The notes: generated from the sequence alone by a model not told the origin. Counted from the first letter of the whole stretch, positions 14,460 through 28,900 are shown. The stretch: 61,352 nt of DNA, filler included, from Platydemus manokwari (GCA_037951405.1; 6 parts of 6 records of this genome joined end to end with filler, not necessarily neighbours in it); one strand, 5' to 3'. Numbers and translations are program-made.

Positions 14460-14820
14460 ACAATTATAATCCGATTATTGAAACCATATAATCGAAATTG
14501 GTACTAAGCGTGGGTTGATTGATGTAATTCGGATGACTCATTGGGATATTTTCTCTACAAAGCCTTAATAATTCTAACAATTCGGCTTTAATCAAGAAGA
14601 ATATGAAATCAGATAATTTTCCTAGAATTTATAGAATTCTATACAAGCATAATTTATAATTATAATATTAAGTCATGTAGATTTTTATATTATTCATGTC
14701 GGTGAATGTCATGTTTTCCAGACTGAAATTCATTTCTAAAACTGATGAAAAGCATGAACATTTTGTCGGTAATTAAATAATATTTTAGACTTCGACTTTC
14801 AGGAAGCATTTGAGTGATTC
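14460..14820 (+). mobile_element. Decayed LINE reverse-transcriptase fragment
   Basis: Motif remnants in the expected order: NYNPI (about NYRPI), QFGF, and DFQEAF (about DFxKAFD). Interrupted by stops and frameshifts. Confidence 0.4.
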
Positions 14821-15479
14821 AGAATTTATTTATACGCTTAATTGACTGATAAATCAAGAGAAGATTGAAATGTTGGAATAAAAAATGTTAATAATGCGAA
14901 AAAAAATTGTCATAAATCTGAGAATTGACCAAAATTGAAAACTGCTCATCTGATGTCACTCTTGTGAAGAATCGAAGCGATGATATTTTTTATCAAATCA
15001 TATTAGCAACTCTTAGATTTTGTAGGAATACGCGGAAATTTGTAACGAAAAATGGAAAATGTAAAAAATATGAAACGCCAAATTTGAATCATAACAGAAA
15101 ACCTATTTTCTCTAATATATCTTCTATAATATAACTGGAAGCTATTATCTAAAATTTCTAATGCTTCTCAATACTCTTACACCAATAAATTATTCCCACT
15201 TATACCTTAGTTTCATAATATTCCTTCAATTACTAAATTAATACTTAATTTACTGCCTCAAAATCCACATTTGATTTCGATTAATTCTGATTACAATGGT
15301 TAAAATAGAAAATAATGATAATTAGGATTAAAACAAAAAATTGAAATTATAATAGGCATTTAAAATCAGCAGATAATACTTCCCCTGACTGTGACAAAAT
15401 TACATACCGTGACCTTTCACTTTTAGACCCTGTACGTATTCTTCTAACTCATCTTTTTAATAAAGTCATTTCGACTCGT

Positions 15480-16990
15480 AAAAACACAATACTCATTCAA
15501 CAACCTAGTAAAGACGACCATTATAAAAATATCAATATTGGAGACCAATAGCTCTCTTATCAACTTCATATAAGATTTTTTTCGTCAAGATTTACTGACT
15601 AAAGAATTTTACATGCAACTTAGTGTCCTTGTTGGTGATAAAAATGATCAATCTCCTTATGAGATTTTAAACAAACTTGTAATCGATCTTGGCAAATTGT
15701 TAACTCTGATTTATGAGATTGGCAAAAGCTAAAATCGTACAGATTTTTTTTGCACTGCAGATTTGTATATGCGTTTAGAAGTAGGGAAAACAAAATTTCT
15801 TCGCTGAAACAGAGAAGTAGTAAGACACAAGCGTATATTAAGTAATTACTTCATTTGCCAAATCTGGCTGAAACTTATTATTTTTACTCGTTGATAATTA
15901 ATGGTTGTGCTGGACTAAATGGATTGATTGATGGATATCACATACAGTTCATTATTCAAGCATTTCGTCCTTCGAATTCTGATTGTTCAATTACAAAAAG
16001 AATTATTTCTGATTCACTTTGCTTTGTTTCTTCTAGTAATTTTCGTATCATAAATCCATCAATTGCTGAAAACCTGGAGTGGATCAATGGCAAAATATCT
16101 TTCCAAAACTCTGCCTCTAAAAAGACATGGTGGATACGTGTTATCAAATCAGTGAAATATTTTCAAAATACTTACAAAATCAGATCGATTTTTGAACTTC
16201 TTTAAACTTACTTGAGGATGACATCTGAACTTTGTGGCACTTATGATTTTGGTCTTCGTATTCGTAAACTACTATCTCTTGTTTTGCACCAATTGATTCA
16301 GGAATATTACTCGTCAAGATGGCTTGATAGTTAACACAGTAACTTTATTGCAGATACAATTAGACTATCTTCACGTATTAATAAGATAATTTTTCGTAGT
16401 GACTTGAAATCTTTTTATTCATTGAGCTAGAACGAATACACTCGCTATTGAAGAAAGTTAAAAATGCGGACGTTGCCACAATTCCAATGAAACCATGTCA
16501 ATGCTTTACGATGTTGTAACTCGAACAAAAAATTACAGACTGCTCATCATGATGCACGGCTAAACACAATTGTTGAGTATCTCCGTTCACAGGACATCAT
16601 TGTAGTCGTCAATCAAATGTGTTCCCTCTTACCAAATTTGATGATAACCAGTGTCGAGAAGAAAAAGTTTTTCCTTGTAGACATGAAATGTCCAATTGTT
16701 ATGTTGAAATATTTCGAGGAATCGCACAAAAATATATAACTCACTACACCGATTTTAGAAATAAGCTAGCCAAATTAAAACCAGACTTCAATATTGAGCT
16801 TTTAATATTCATTATAGGCTCTGTCGGTACAGTTCCGGTCTCAACTGAAGCAATTTTAATAAAAATTAGAGTGCCAAAGACAAAAATCCGGAACCTGGTC
16901 AAAGAATGTGCAATAAGGAATATGGAACACTCAACGAAAATCTGTCAATTTCACTTGACTGGTATTCTGATAGATTTCATCTAATCTATC
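15480..16990 (+). mobile_element. Decayed non-LTR retrotransposon with restriction-like endonuclease (R2/NeSL-type)
   Basis: WRPIALLSTSYKIF at about 15539; zinc-knuckle remnant KCGRCHNSNETMS../ALRCC..TAHHD at about 16460-16555; C-terminal K..Y..L....IFIIGSVG in ORF 16619-16984. Confidence 0.75.
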
Positions 16991-19038
16991 AAACATTCAA
17001 ACTGTTTCAACCCCAAGAAAGCCGAGATGAGTGAAAGAAGAAAGCAACACTGTAACAGGCTGTGCGTTTATTGATCCGATGACGTCACGAATAAAAAGCT
17101 TCTAGAACCAAGCATGTCAAAATATATCCTAGAAAAATGAACTAAATTTGTATTTTAATAAATCTTATGACACATTAGATAATTAAGCAAACACAATTTG
17201 TTTATTTAAATTAAAATTTGTATTTGGTAAATAGATCACCAAATTAGGAATATGCTGACACTTCTTAACTAGGCATTTTATAAACATGAGGCCAATGAGG
17301 CAGAAATTTCTACACTGCGTTGTCAGTAGAAATTGTATATAAAAGATTATAAGAGAAGAATTCTTACTATTGATTTTGTTATTATTTAATATATTTATAT
17401 AATTTAATTTATTTTAGTGTTTAAAATCGACCTTTGCTTTATTTTATTATTCGTAAAGGTGTTATAACAGTAAATAGTAGTAACAATGTTGGGGACAATT
17501 ATTCGACAATTATTCTGACATTAAGTGTAACATTTTATGCATGATAACAATCACTGTTTACATTAATATCATTTTTAGTTTAATAAAGTGTATCGTTTTT
17601 TCCATGAATTAATTCAAAGTTTATCGGATTTATATAAAAATGAATATGCAAAATGTAACAATTATTTTTATGAATGGATGATTACATAAAGTAGCAATTT
17701 ATTTAGTTTTATTTTCTGATCAATTTCTGGATAAACTATTAATAAGGAAAACAATAATTATAAAATAATATTTTAAATTATTAAATATACGGTTTATAAA
17801 ATACAAAAAATAGATATCATCTACTTAAGAAATTGACAAATTGGAGGTTAATTCTAATAATTATTATTAATTCGAAATAGTTTCTGATATATAAAGTGAG
17901 ATGCTTTGAATGAGAAAAGAAAAAAGCAAGATAATTAAAATCAAATCCCTTAGGAATAAAATGCTTAATGTAGCAATTTAAATTACATTGCATGTCAATA
18001 AAAGCTTATCTATCAGAACTATAAATAAGAGTAAAACCTTAATAATTCCATACACATCGAATATTATGGAAGCCACTAGAGTACGTATTTGGGGTACATT
18101 TGCTCCACAGACGTATATGCTATAGTTGTTGTTCGAGAAAGCCATTATCAATTAACATGAGTCAGATATTTTGTTAAACTACTGATCGGTATTATAGTAG
18201 CTATCGCTTATTGCCATAGTATGGAGTTTAGTATCACAAAAAATTCTGCATCTAGTATCTAGTTTTAATCCAAGAGAAGGGATGTATCAACCGTATCTTT
18301 TCCAGAAATTTTTTAGAACAAATCGTTTAAGTGCTCATTTTTATTAATGTATGTTGTGTAGTTAAAATCATTGTCATTTTTATATTTAGTTGTTCTTGTT
18401 ATAATTGTTATATTAACAAACATTGTGTATAGAAATTGATTACTAATTAATTGAAGCACTATAAACGATAAATTGTATAATAGTAGGACGATTAATATAC
18501 ATTGAGACTGATATTTCAAGGATTACAAAATCATTGTTGCCACACGTATTATTTCCTAGCTTATTAATTTTTGTGAATATCTACATTCTTTAATGGAGTT
18601 GCTTCTAATTTGTGTTGGGCAAAGTTAATTTTAAAATTATAAGCTTAACAGTCATTATTTCAACTTAATTTTTGAGATGTATCAATAACCTTAGAGATAT
18701 CCAAACTAATGATAATCATTAGTCTACCTTATAACTTTAGTACCGAAAAAAATTAGTCCTCCAAAAATAAAAACAGATTTCCTCAACATGATTCTTTCTT
18801 ATCAATCATCAACGCTAATTAAAACACAGCTCATTAAATATATTTTTATTTAACCATATTAAAATAAATTTATTGAGCAGAATTTCATAGCTTATAAATA
18901 TACATATAAATGGTTTCAAAACATCGAAACATCAAGTATAAAATGAAACCTTTATTAAAAATCAAATCAAAAAACAAAAGGTATTTCGAAATTATAAAAA
19001 AGCATATTAGTTGAGCTCCATTGAATCAGTGGAATTAA

Positions 19039-19493
19039 TCAAATATCTTTGAAATGAGAAAAAAGAGAGTACAGAACTCGCATGGTCGATTTCAGATCAC
19101 CCAACACAATATCTTCCGGAACCGAATTCGGCCTTGGAATGCCCGCATCTTCCATTAATTCATAAACAAAATTGACATTTTCCAACCGAGCATTGAATTC
19201 CACTGCCGGTAGAGTGAATGCATAATTGGGAACGAAATAATTCCCCAGTAAACCCATTAAATAAATAAGAAAAACACCATCTCTGAACTGAAATGAAAGC
19301 CATCAATTATAAATAGATTTCATATATATTTCTAGTATATTTCGCACCTCATTTTCAATATCATTCACTTCGACACCTATCTTTTTGAAATGAACATTAA
19401 CAAAATTTAAAAGAGACGTCTTGACATCATTAATTTTCTCTGGTGCTGAAGCAAATAATGTGTCAAATGAATCTTTGCCGATTTTGGAATGAC
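19039..19493 (-). CDS. PARV: Parvin (alpha/beta-parvin, PAT-6 family), last two exons encoding the CH2 domain; 5' exons absent
   Basis: Exons 19493-19348 and 19287-19039, 60-nt GT-AG intron. Protein: KDSFDTLFASAPEKINDVKTSLLNFVNVHF..ENE|FRDGVFLIYLMGLLGNYFVP..PEDIVLGDLKSTMRVLYSLFSHFKDI*. Matches parvin DAFDTLF..FADGVYLVLLMGLLEGYFVP..PEDIVNCDLKSTLRVLY. Confidence 0.95.
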
Positions 19494-21613
19494 CTGAAAT
19501 TGATAATAATCAATGAAATAAACTATTGATGATATGATTAAATCAATTCGAAACATTAATGGCATACATTTTTATTGAATTTCAAAATACTTGGAAATAT
19601 GAGATCAATTGTAGATAAATAGAGTTTTAAGCACTAACATACAATGAAGTTCGATTTTATTATTATTATTATTATTTGAGACAAAATTATAATATTTATA
19701 ATGAAATCCCTGTTCCACATGCCTTGATCTAAAATATGAGAAGCATATAGAAATACAAATAACAATATGGACAAGTCTTTATGGATTAATTGAGAACCTT
19801 CTATTTCGATAAATGATTTTTATAAATAATAAAACAGGCTAAACTTATATCTAAACCTAATTATATAATGAAACATTAACAATCAAAGCTGTTTCAAATA
19901 TAAATATGAAGCACATGATTATAAAATATAAATTAATAAATATAAAATTTAACGACTTGTTGTGATTTACTGTTTAAATCTTTGCCAATTCCAATATATA
20001 CGGTCAATCCATAAACCAACTTAGTTATTTTTTCAATTTATTAGTATCGATTAGTATCTCGTTTATACAATTTTTATTGATTCGAACACACAGTCACTTC
20101 ACTCGCATTCACCAATTCTAACGGGTTTGAAAATGACACGAGTATTATGAACATAAAAATACATCGATACAACCGATATCTTAAAAGGTCTCAATCATTA
20201 CTAATATTTATATAAAAGTTTGCCCATCATGTAATATTAATGATCAAATTTAATATTTTATAGGCAATGTTTATCAAATATTTAAAATTTTAATTATGAT
20301 GTTTATCCCCTGAAAGATGAGTATATAATTCATTTCATCTCATTATTTACTTTCTTAGAGTTAAGGAGAAATTCTTGAAACACCTGTTTATATGATCATT
20401 TGATAAAACTAAATCATGTTAACCGTGATTAACGTGATGATATTTAAATATTATAAACAAACAAATTAACAAATAAATTAAACAAAACAAAACTGATTTC
20501 ATAGAAACCAAAGCAAAGCATTACAAATCTAACATTTAATCATTGACTGTTGAGTGTTGACAATACATTAATAATGTTTGATTAATTTTCATTTATTTCA
20601 TTAGAGTTTATATAATAAATTTTTAAGTGAAAGAAAATTATTTAAGATTTATTATTGATTTTATAATTTCATTATTGATTTATTGATAAATTAAATCCAT
20701 AAATCAATATTTATAATTGATTAACACATAAATAATCACCGATCTGGTGTGTTTGATTTTTGACAAATAATTTGTTTAACACAAATAAATATTTATTGAA
20801 ATCGATATCTTTTTAAATACAATTAATTTACTGAATCATTTATCAAATTTCGTGTTGTTAATTCGTTAAATCATTTTTATTATTGATGTTGTGACAGGTG
20901 CTGAAATGGTCAAATGAATCTTTAAAAACGTCAAGACTTTGTTTCATTTTTATATCATAGGGTCATCACTATAAACTATCATGTAAATAAAATGATTGGT
21001 CATTTATTTTTATGACATTATTTATACAAATTTATACAAACTTTCATAAATTATGATAATGATTGGAACCTTTAATCAGTATTATTATGAAAGATACGCT
21101 GATATAAATGCAAAATACAATTATAATGTGTGGCCATGATCAATCAGGAAGAGTTAGTGAATGTGATCCATTTGACCGTGAATTCCAATCGCTAAATTAT
21201 TGATTCGAATTCTTATTCAATTATAATGAGTGGGAAGTGGATCATGGACGAATCACATGTTGAAATTAACAAATGTTTAACCAACAAATCAGATTAACTT
21301 TACAACTTTTATTACGTGCTAAGTCATGTAACAGAATTTATATATTAGAAAAGAATAAAATTATTAGTAATATTTCAATATATTTAGAAAAATATGAAAA
21401 ACTCGACAGATATTTTAACAAAAACTTTATTTAAAGATACCATAAATATGAATATAAATGTTTTCAATTTAAAATATGTAAATTAAGATTATTAACTCAA
21501 TTTAGACTTCAATTTTAGCTAGTTTTTTGGTTCTGATTACAATAGTAAAATTATATTATGGCCATTTATAAAAGATCCTATGAACAATATGAGATTATAA
21601 AAGCGTTTTAAGC

Positions 21614-21713
21614 NNNNNNNNNNNNNNNNNNNNNNNNNNNNNNNNNNNNNNNNNNNNTTAATTAATTAANNNNNNNNNNNNNNNNNNNNNNNNNNNNNNN
21701 NNNNNNNNNNNNN
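21614..21713. other. Artificial assembly spacer
   Basis: N44-TTAATTAATTAA-N44. Confidence 0.97.
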
Positions 21714-23130
21714 ACTGAACCTGGTTATTTGTCATTATTTGTTAACCTATTTGATTGATCGTTATTCAGATTGTATTTGTTATATTTTCAGTTATATTTT
21801 CAATATTGTATCTCTTATATTTTCGATATAATAATATATTTTCAACGCAACTTAATTGTTAATAAAGCATAGTATCGAAATTTTAAAGTAGTTTATAATT
21901 CATAGTTACACGACACCTTTGGAGTCAGGTGTTTACTAAGCTCAGAAGTTGGGACAACATCGAAACTACTAAGTATAAGTAACCTAAACTACTAAACTTA
22001 CATAACCCAACAGAGCCAAGAATAATATAAATGGCTAAATGTAGAAGAAAAGGCAAAGAAAGAAAAGCAAATAGACAATGATCAATAGATCTGGATGAAA
22101 TAGTAGATGAAGAAACAAGTGGTGATAATAACAGTAATCATGACAAGAAAGAAATATCGAAGAAGAAAAATGGAAGAAAAAGGAAGTTAAAGATGCAGAA
22201 GAAACGGAGTCATCAGGAAAAGACTTCATGAAGTTAATACAATCAGCAGAAACATATAAGGTGAATAAGCAAATAAGAAAAAAACAAGATGAGTTAGGAA
22301 ATTACATGGAATGTTTACAAGGACAATATCATGATCCATCTTTCGTAAGTCAAAATAACAGCAAATGGAATAACACAGAAATTAAAAAAGTGGTGTATCC
22401 ATATCGAGAAGAGATAAATCTGACCACAGCTGAAATACATAATGATGAAGAAAAAGAAAACAAAGTAGAAAAAGAAATAATATATGATGAAGAACACATA
22501 CATCAACAACCAATTTTTCCACCAGAATGTCAACCGCAAAATAATTATGGTTATATACCCCAAGTGCCATATGATAATTATGGAAATATGATAAGAGAAG
22601 AATCTATGCCATCAACATCAAGAACATTCCAAGTTATAAATGAGCCAATAAATCAATTGACCACATATAATTATGACAACAATGGAGAAATAGAAATACA
22701 AGAAGAACAGAATAAAGAGGAAAATTAGAAGAAAAAGAAGATGAGTTAGGGAAAAGAATTGAGATAAAATTAAAAATAAAATCATGAACAACGTTGATCC
22801 CATAATATAATACTTGAAGAAAATAAAATCATAAATTGCGACAACCTTTTAAAATCAAGCGAAAAAGACATACCACCTAAAGATTCTGACCAGGAAGAAA
22901 AAGCAAAATGGAGAATCAAATATAAGGCACAAGCACTTAGTGACGAAATCTGCGCATTAAATAAAAATGAGATGCATGCACAGGCAATTAAAGAATTCAA
23001 CCAGAAAAAAGAAGAGAAGGAAAAAATTAAACAATATCTACAAGCACTTAGTGGCGAAGCCAGCGCCTTAGATAAAAACGAGAAATTGCAAATAAAGGCA
23101 TTACAGTATTGTACCAGTAGATACCGATGA
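21714..23130 (+). mobile_element. Probable LTR-retrotransposon 5' region: LTR end plus decayed K/E/N-rich gag-like ORF
   Basis: AATAAA at 21861 and a TAGTTACA terminus at 21910 resemble an LTR U5 end. An intronless A-rich ORF from 22031 is broken by stops and frameshifts (includes ORF 22228-22728) and has an in-frame 111-nt direct repeat (QALSDEICALNKNE / QALSGEASALDKNE). No diagnostic gag motif seen. Confidence 0.4.
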
Positions 23131-24836
23131 TTTTAACCAATGATTATATTATGAATCCTATAGACACTTTACCAATGAAACAATTGAATACAAGTACTAA
23201 AACAAGTATTTATTCACAATGAATAACAATGTACACTGATTTTTAATAATACTTTTATACACTTAATCAATGAAGTGAAATTGTTACAATTCAAGGAAGC
23301 TATATTATCAATAAACTACTTCGTCAATATTTCGGAAGTATATTTATCAAGATATTTGATTGTAGCTCTATAAGTAGTGCGGAATATGCGATATATATAT
23401 ATATATATATATAAATATATATAAATATAATGTCTTACATTTAAATCTTCTAGTAGAATACTGGACATATGTGTGATTCTTATCCTAGGCATAGAATGAT
23501 CTTCCTTAATTGCAAGTCATGTCCTGATTTTCTTATGCAACAATTGGCCATGTAATAACTGTGACTACTTCAGCAATGGAATTATTATTATATAACAATG
23601 GAATTTCTCTACTATTATTTATTTAATGCAATGTACGTATATTTTATGTCTATGCGTGTATTGTGGCAGAGAAATATTCTCTGCTATTAAATTATTATAT
23701 TGAAAAATATTTTCTGTGGTTAAATTTATCCTGAACGATTATTATATAAAATTATTATAGGGTAAATCTAATGAGTTTGTTAATATAAATGCTGTGTTTT
23801 ATTAATTATAAGGGTTATTACTTTGGGTTCAATTTATATTATATATTATTTCTACTAGCCATAAAGCTTTCAGAATTTATGAAAAAATATTCAATATTAT
23901 TTTTCATGAAAAAATACTTTTATACACCATATAAAACAATATGCATTGATAGAATCGATACACTACTATTGTCCTATCATTGTAATTTAAAGTTTTTAAT
24001 ATCATCAAATCCCAACGCTTTATCCATTTGAAATTTTTGTGAAAATTAAATATTATATATAAGATATTAAGAAATGATATAAATAAAATTTTAAAATGAA
24101 ATCAAAGTAAATTAATAAAATTTCGAATATTGAACAAAGAATAATATTTAAATATATCGTATAAAGTATTCAAATACAGTGAATTATAGATAAAATAAGA
24201 ACTTTTTAAAAAAATATTAAATTGATAGAGGAATTTAAAGTACCCAGGTTAGACAAGTACATAAGGACGAGCATTCAGAAATTAATTTGTCCTAAATATA
24301 GACAATAAACTTACAACTTAGTAAGAATGCTGAATGGAAAATGAAATGACCGGTTTGATAAACTAAAATCTTAAAAAGCTAAATATTAAATGAAAAAACG
24401 AAATTTTAACTGGAGAATCAAATGTCAAATTGTAAAATATATGATATCAATAATAAAAAATATAGTAAATTCATGATTTTTGTACATAGAGATAACAATA
24501 AATGAAACAATCAACTGACTAAAAGAACTCTTTTTTGGATGGATCCTGAATTACTTTTAATCTCTATTTAAACTAAAATATTTAACTTTCAATAACATCC
24601 CTTGCTACATTTGTAAGTTCATTTGTGGTTTATGAATATGATTGCAACAAATAAAATATTTTTTTAAAAAATACATTATTTTTATTTTCTTCAATTAGAT
24701 TTAAGTTGATATAAAATATAGAAGATTATGTAGAAAAAATTGTAAATTTCAAGACTTAATTTAAAATACGGATATAGAAAATGTTAAATTTAAATTTCAT
24801 TGTTTAAATATTTGTATTGATTTTAGTATATTTATA

Positions 24837-25791
24837 ATGGAGGATTTGTTAAAATTGAAAGTAATATAAGTTTAGAAATTTATGGTGTTAAAATTTAAAT
24901 ATAGGTGTCTGAACTTAGAAAGAAATGTAAAGACTTAGGTCTTTCATTAACAGGAAATAAAGCAGAACTTATTACACGTATACAAGAACATATTAATAAA
25001 GGTGGAGATGATTCAGTTTTAAATGAAGCAGAATTGCTTGGAGAATTAGATGGTTTAGATACCCAGGTGGTTAGTAATGTTGATGAAGATTTATTACTTG
25101 GGGATTCTATCAGTGAGTCTAAAGAAGAAAGCGAAACAAACATTAAAGTTAGTATGGAATCAAACGAAAAGTTAGTTGAGTCTCAAGTTAGTGAAAAGGT
25201 TGAAGAACCACCTGCTAAATTAGCAAAATTAGATATTACAACTTCAAAAGAAAAAGTAATTATTTCCAAAACTGAACTGACAATCGAGCAGGTTAGTTAT
25301 TATCTTTCTAAATAAAGTTTTTTGGATTAGAATTAAATTTTACCATTAAGATTGAAAAATATTAAATAACAATAATTTAGAAAAAACAGGAACGGGCTGC
25401 TCGTTTTGGAATCAGTAATCAGAACAAAGAGGACGAGAAAAAAATTGCAAGAGCCCAAAGATTTGGACTTGAGCTACCGAAAACTAATGGTGATGCTACT
25501 ATTGATCTTGAAAAGTTAAAGAAGAGAGAAGAAAGATTTGGTGTGTCTGTCAGTGATAAATTGAAAAAGGTTTTAAATTAATGAAATTATCATTTTATAA
25601 ACTTTTATTAGGCTTCCGAAGAAGAGAAAAAACAAAAGCGAGCTGAGCGATTTGGTATTCAACAAATTTCTACTGAAAAAACTAACAATGATATTTCAAA
25701 TGATGATAAAAAGTCCATTAGAGCTAAAAGATTTGGCATAAATTCTGATAATGATAAAAAGCAAGCCAGGGCAGCTAAATTCGGGAAATAA
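24837..25791 (+). CDS. SARNP: SAP domain-containing ribonucleoprotein (SARNP/CIP29/Tho1), complete, 259 aa
   Basis: Exons 24837-24860, 24905-25291, 25381-25569 and 25612-25791, all GT-AG and phase 0. SAP domain LLKLKVSELRKKCKDLGLSLTGNKAELITRI, followed by EAELLG. C-terminal repeats RAARFG, RAQRFG, REERFG, RAERFG, RAKRFG, RAAKFG. Confidence 0.95.
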
Positions 25792-25915
25792 TTTTTGAAA
25801 TCATAATTTGTATTTAATTAAATAATTTTATTGTTTATTTTATAAATTTGAATCAGAAAATAATCTGTTATATTTGAACAATTCATAACACCGTTTTAAG
25901 TAAATTTGAGCAATT

Positions 25916-28900
25916 CTACATTTTTTTGCCAAGTGGATCTACATCAAGCTTTCGACCCATCGAGGAAGACCTTGTAAGAGTAACTCGTGGCTTTTGCAAA
26001 AGAAAATTATTAGTTGTATCACTAAAGCAGCTTTTGTTATCTGAGATTTCGTCAAAATTGAAACGATTCTTCATGAACGAGAGAGGTGTACTTGATATAT
26101 TTCTTTTGAACGTGCTGACTTTGCACATTTCATTTGTTATCTGGCGTAGATTTCGCTTAATATGTTAATATATTAGTTATATTGAGAATTGCAAATTTTA
26201 ATATTATACTGAAATTAACAAATATAATAATATTTAATTAAGTCTTAATTTAGGACATTACATTGATAAAATGTGCATTATATACAAAAATATATCAATC
26301 ATTTTTGTAAGTAAGAACAAGTTTTAATTCATATCGTTATAAAAGCACTTCACTTATTAAATGTTATTTATATGATATGTTCCGATAAAATAATCAACAT
26401 TAATCATGGCTAAAATTCTTGTTTAATATAATCAAGATTTGATTCATGTATTTTTATTTAAAGATTTGATTTATAATATGAATTTTACAAATAAAAGATC
26501 TGATATGAATCTTAAGTATAAATGACTAAATAATTGCATAAACCATAATATGTATTTCATGAAATGTGAATTCAAATAAAGGTTAACTAATAAACCGATT
26601 TTACAAATTAAAGTTGATTTAATTCGTACTAGAAAAAATTCGCTAATTTTTTTTCAAATTGCCATATTATGCAACAATTTGACACCCTGGATTTAACGTT
26701 ATTGAATAATGCCAGCAAAGCATAATTATCAATTTATTTTGTTCTTATCGTATTGAACTATGATACAAACGCTTAATATAATGTTTATATTAATTGAAAA
26801 TTAAAATTTTATTCCTATATACTACTTTATTATATAAATGAAAATAGTTTAATTTTGCTTATTTTGATTTTATATTGGTGCTCAATTGAAAGATTATTCA
26901 GGTGATATCAAGCAATCTACTAAGTCATTAGAACATGTATAAACTTAATGTAATTTTATCGTATTTTATGATATAAAGAAATTTAATTAAAACTGTTATC
27001 AATGTTCATTTAATTTGTTTCGCATAACAAGTTTTCTTAGACTTCGTAAAGTGATTAAATTAAAAATAATTGATAACATTCGCATAGCCCTTAAGCAATG
27101 TGAGTGTTCTTTTTGATGGACTTTGAAAATTTTAATCATATTAGGCATTTATTTTTGTATTTTTCTTGAATAATTAGACATGATAAATCACAAGTTTCTT
27201 AAGCTTTCTCCATTGTTTTTAAAAAAGTGCATAAACCAATACTGAATCAAATTAAATTGATTAGACAATCAATTTATTTCCAGTATTTATATTAACGCCA
27301 GACTTAAAAATAAGAAAATCCGATAAACGTCGTGGTATTTATCAGAAGAAGCGCGATATTTATTTAAAAAATTATATTTATATGTTGGGCATACTTGGAC
27401 AAAAAAATTTATATTGTTAATGACTTTCATTGCAAATCTTAATTATTAATAATAATAATTATTATTATTACCAAAGGGTGGTTTCGCCAATTTGTTATTA
27501 TTGTAGTTACTAGAGTAGCGCTACAACGAACGAGTTCCACAATTTTATCAATTTTAATAAACAGCATTGAACGATTAGTAGTGCTTTGATTTTGAATTGA
27601 ACAAATTGTTGAAATCAATGAAGGAAATTTGTCCAGTTCCGATAGAATATGATCCTAAACACAGACCAAAATGTAAACTAGTTTTTTATAACCAATCATT
27701 CAATGATTATAATTAGTAACACAATTTTTTAATGTATTAAAACGAATTTCCAATACGTTTTATAATGAAAAATCTATTGTTAATAAAAATAATAAATTAT
27801 AGTCATTTATATTAAGCCATATGTACATATATTATTATTCAATGAATCAAGTAGCATAAAATAGAATATATAATAGAAAATTTCAAAATTTTTAAAATAA
27901 TTATAAAATTAAGAAAATTCACTTGATTAAAAACCCAGTAATTTCGTGAATGCTAAATGACTAGGCTAGTTATCAACAAGTGTAAAAACGTGAAATCAAT
28001 TTACCGGTTTCTGTGTATGTGAAAAATGATAAATTAATTCATCATTAAAATCAACGAAAAAATGTTTTAATTAATCTAACATTTGAAATCATCGTTCACT
28101 TTCATATGATATCATACACTGAGCATATATATATCATTTCTGATTCGGTTACCTGTAGCTTTACAGATGAGGCCTACTTTATTTAAATAAATACTAAAAT
28201 AAGTATTGAGATTGAAGTATAATTTTTCCATCATAAATTTTTTTTTAAAGTCATAACTCATCAATAAATCTTGAAATTAAGAGGTCAAGTTGAAAATGTT
28301 ACCTGTACTCCAATTTTTAACAACAAAAAATTTGAAATAAATAATTTTGATAGCTTAATGTCAAAATCGAAATTTTAAAGGCTTTTATTTAAATATATAA
28401 AATTTCAACTCACACTCAATAAGTTACGTTCAGCAAATGCATGAAAATTAGCCAATTCCCGGACCAGTTGTTGAGTAGTGTTCATAAGGTCGATACTTGT
28501 TTTCAAGGGACCTTCATTGTGACTAAACATTGTTATTTGCGAAGCTAAATCTAAAATTTAAACTCAAAATGAAGAGATTGTTTCATGTTATTGGTAAGTG
28601 AATTTTGTATTCAGAAATTAAATTTTAAAAGATCGTCCTTAGGAAATTTAATAATCCACTATTAAAGAAAATGCATGATAAGAAATAAAATTTCATTTAA
28701 TATTTCAATCATCCAGAAATCAATGACATAAATTTATTAAGCAGACTTCTAAAACTGGAAAAATATTCGTTTCCAAATCAAATGGATGAAAAATTACCTT
28801 TGATAGTTTGTAGCAATGTACCATTTTCCTTAATTTCATTTTGATTTTAAAAAATGGTAATTTTTCAATCTTATTTTCTTTTTCAATGGAAATAGTAACG

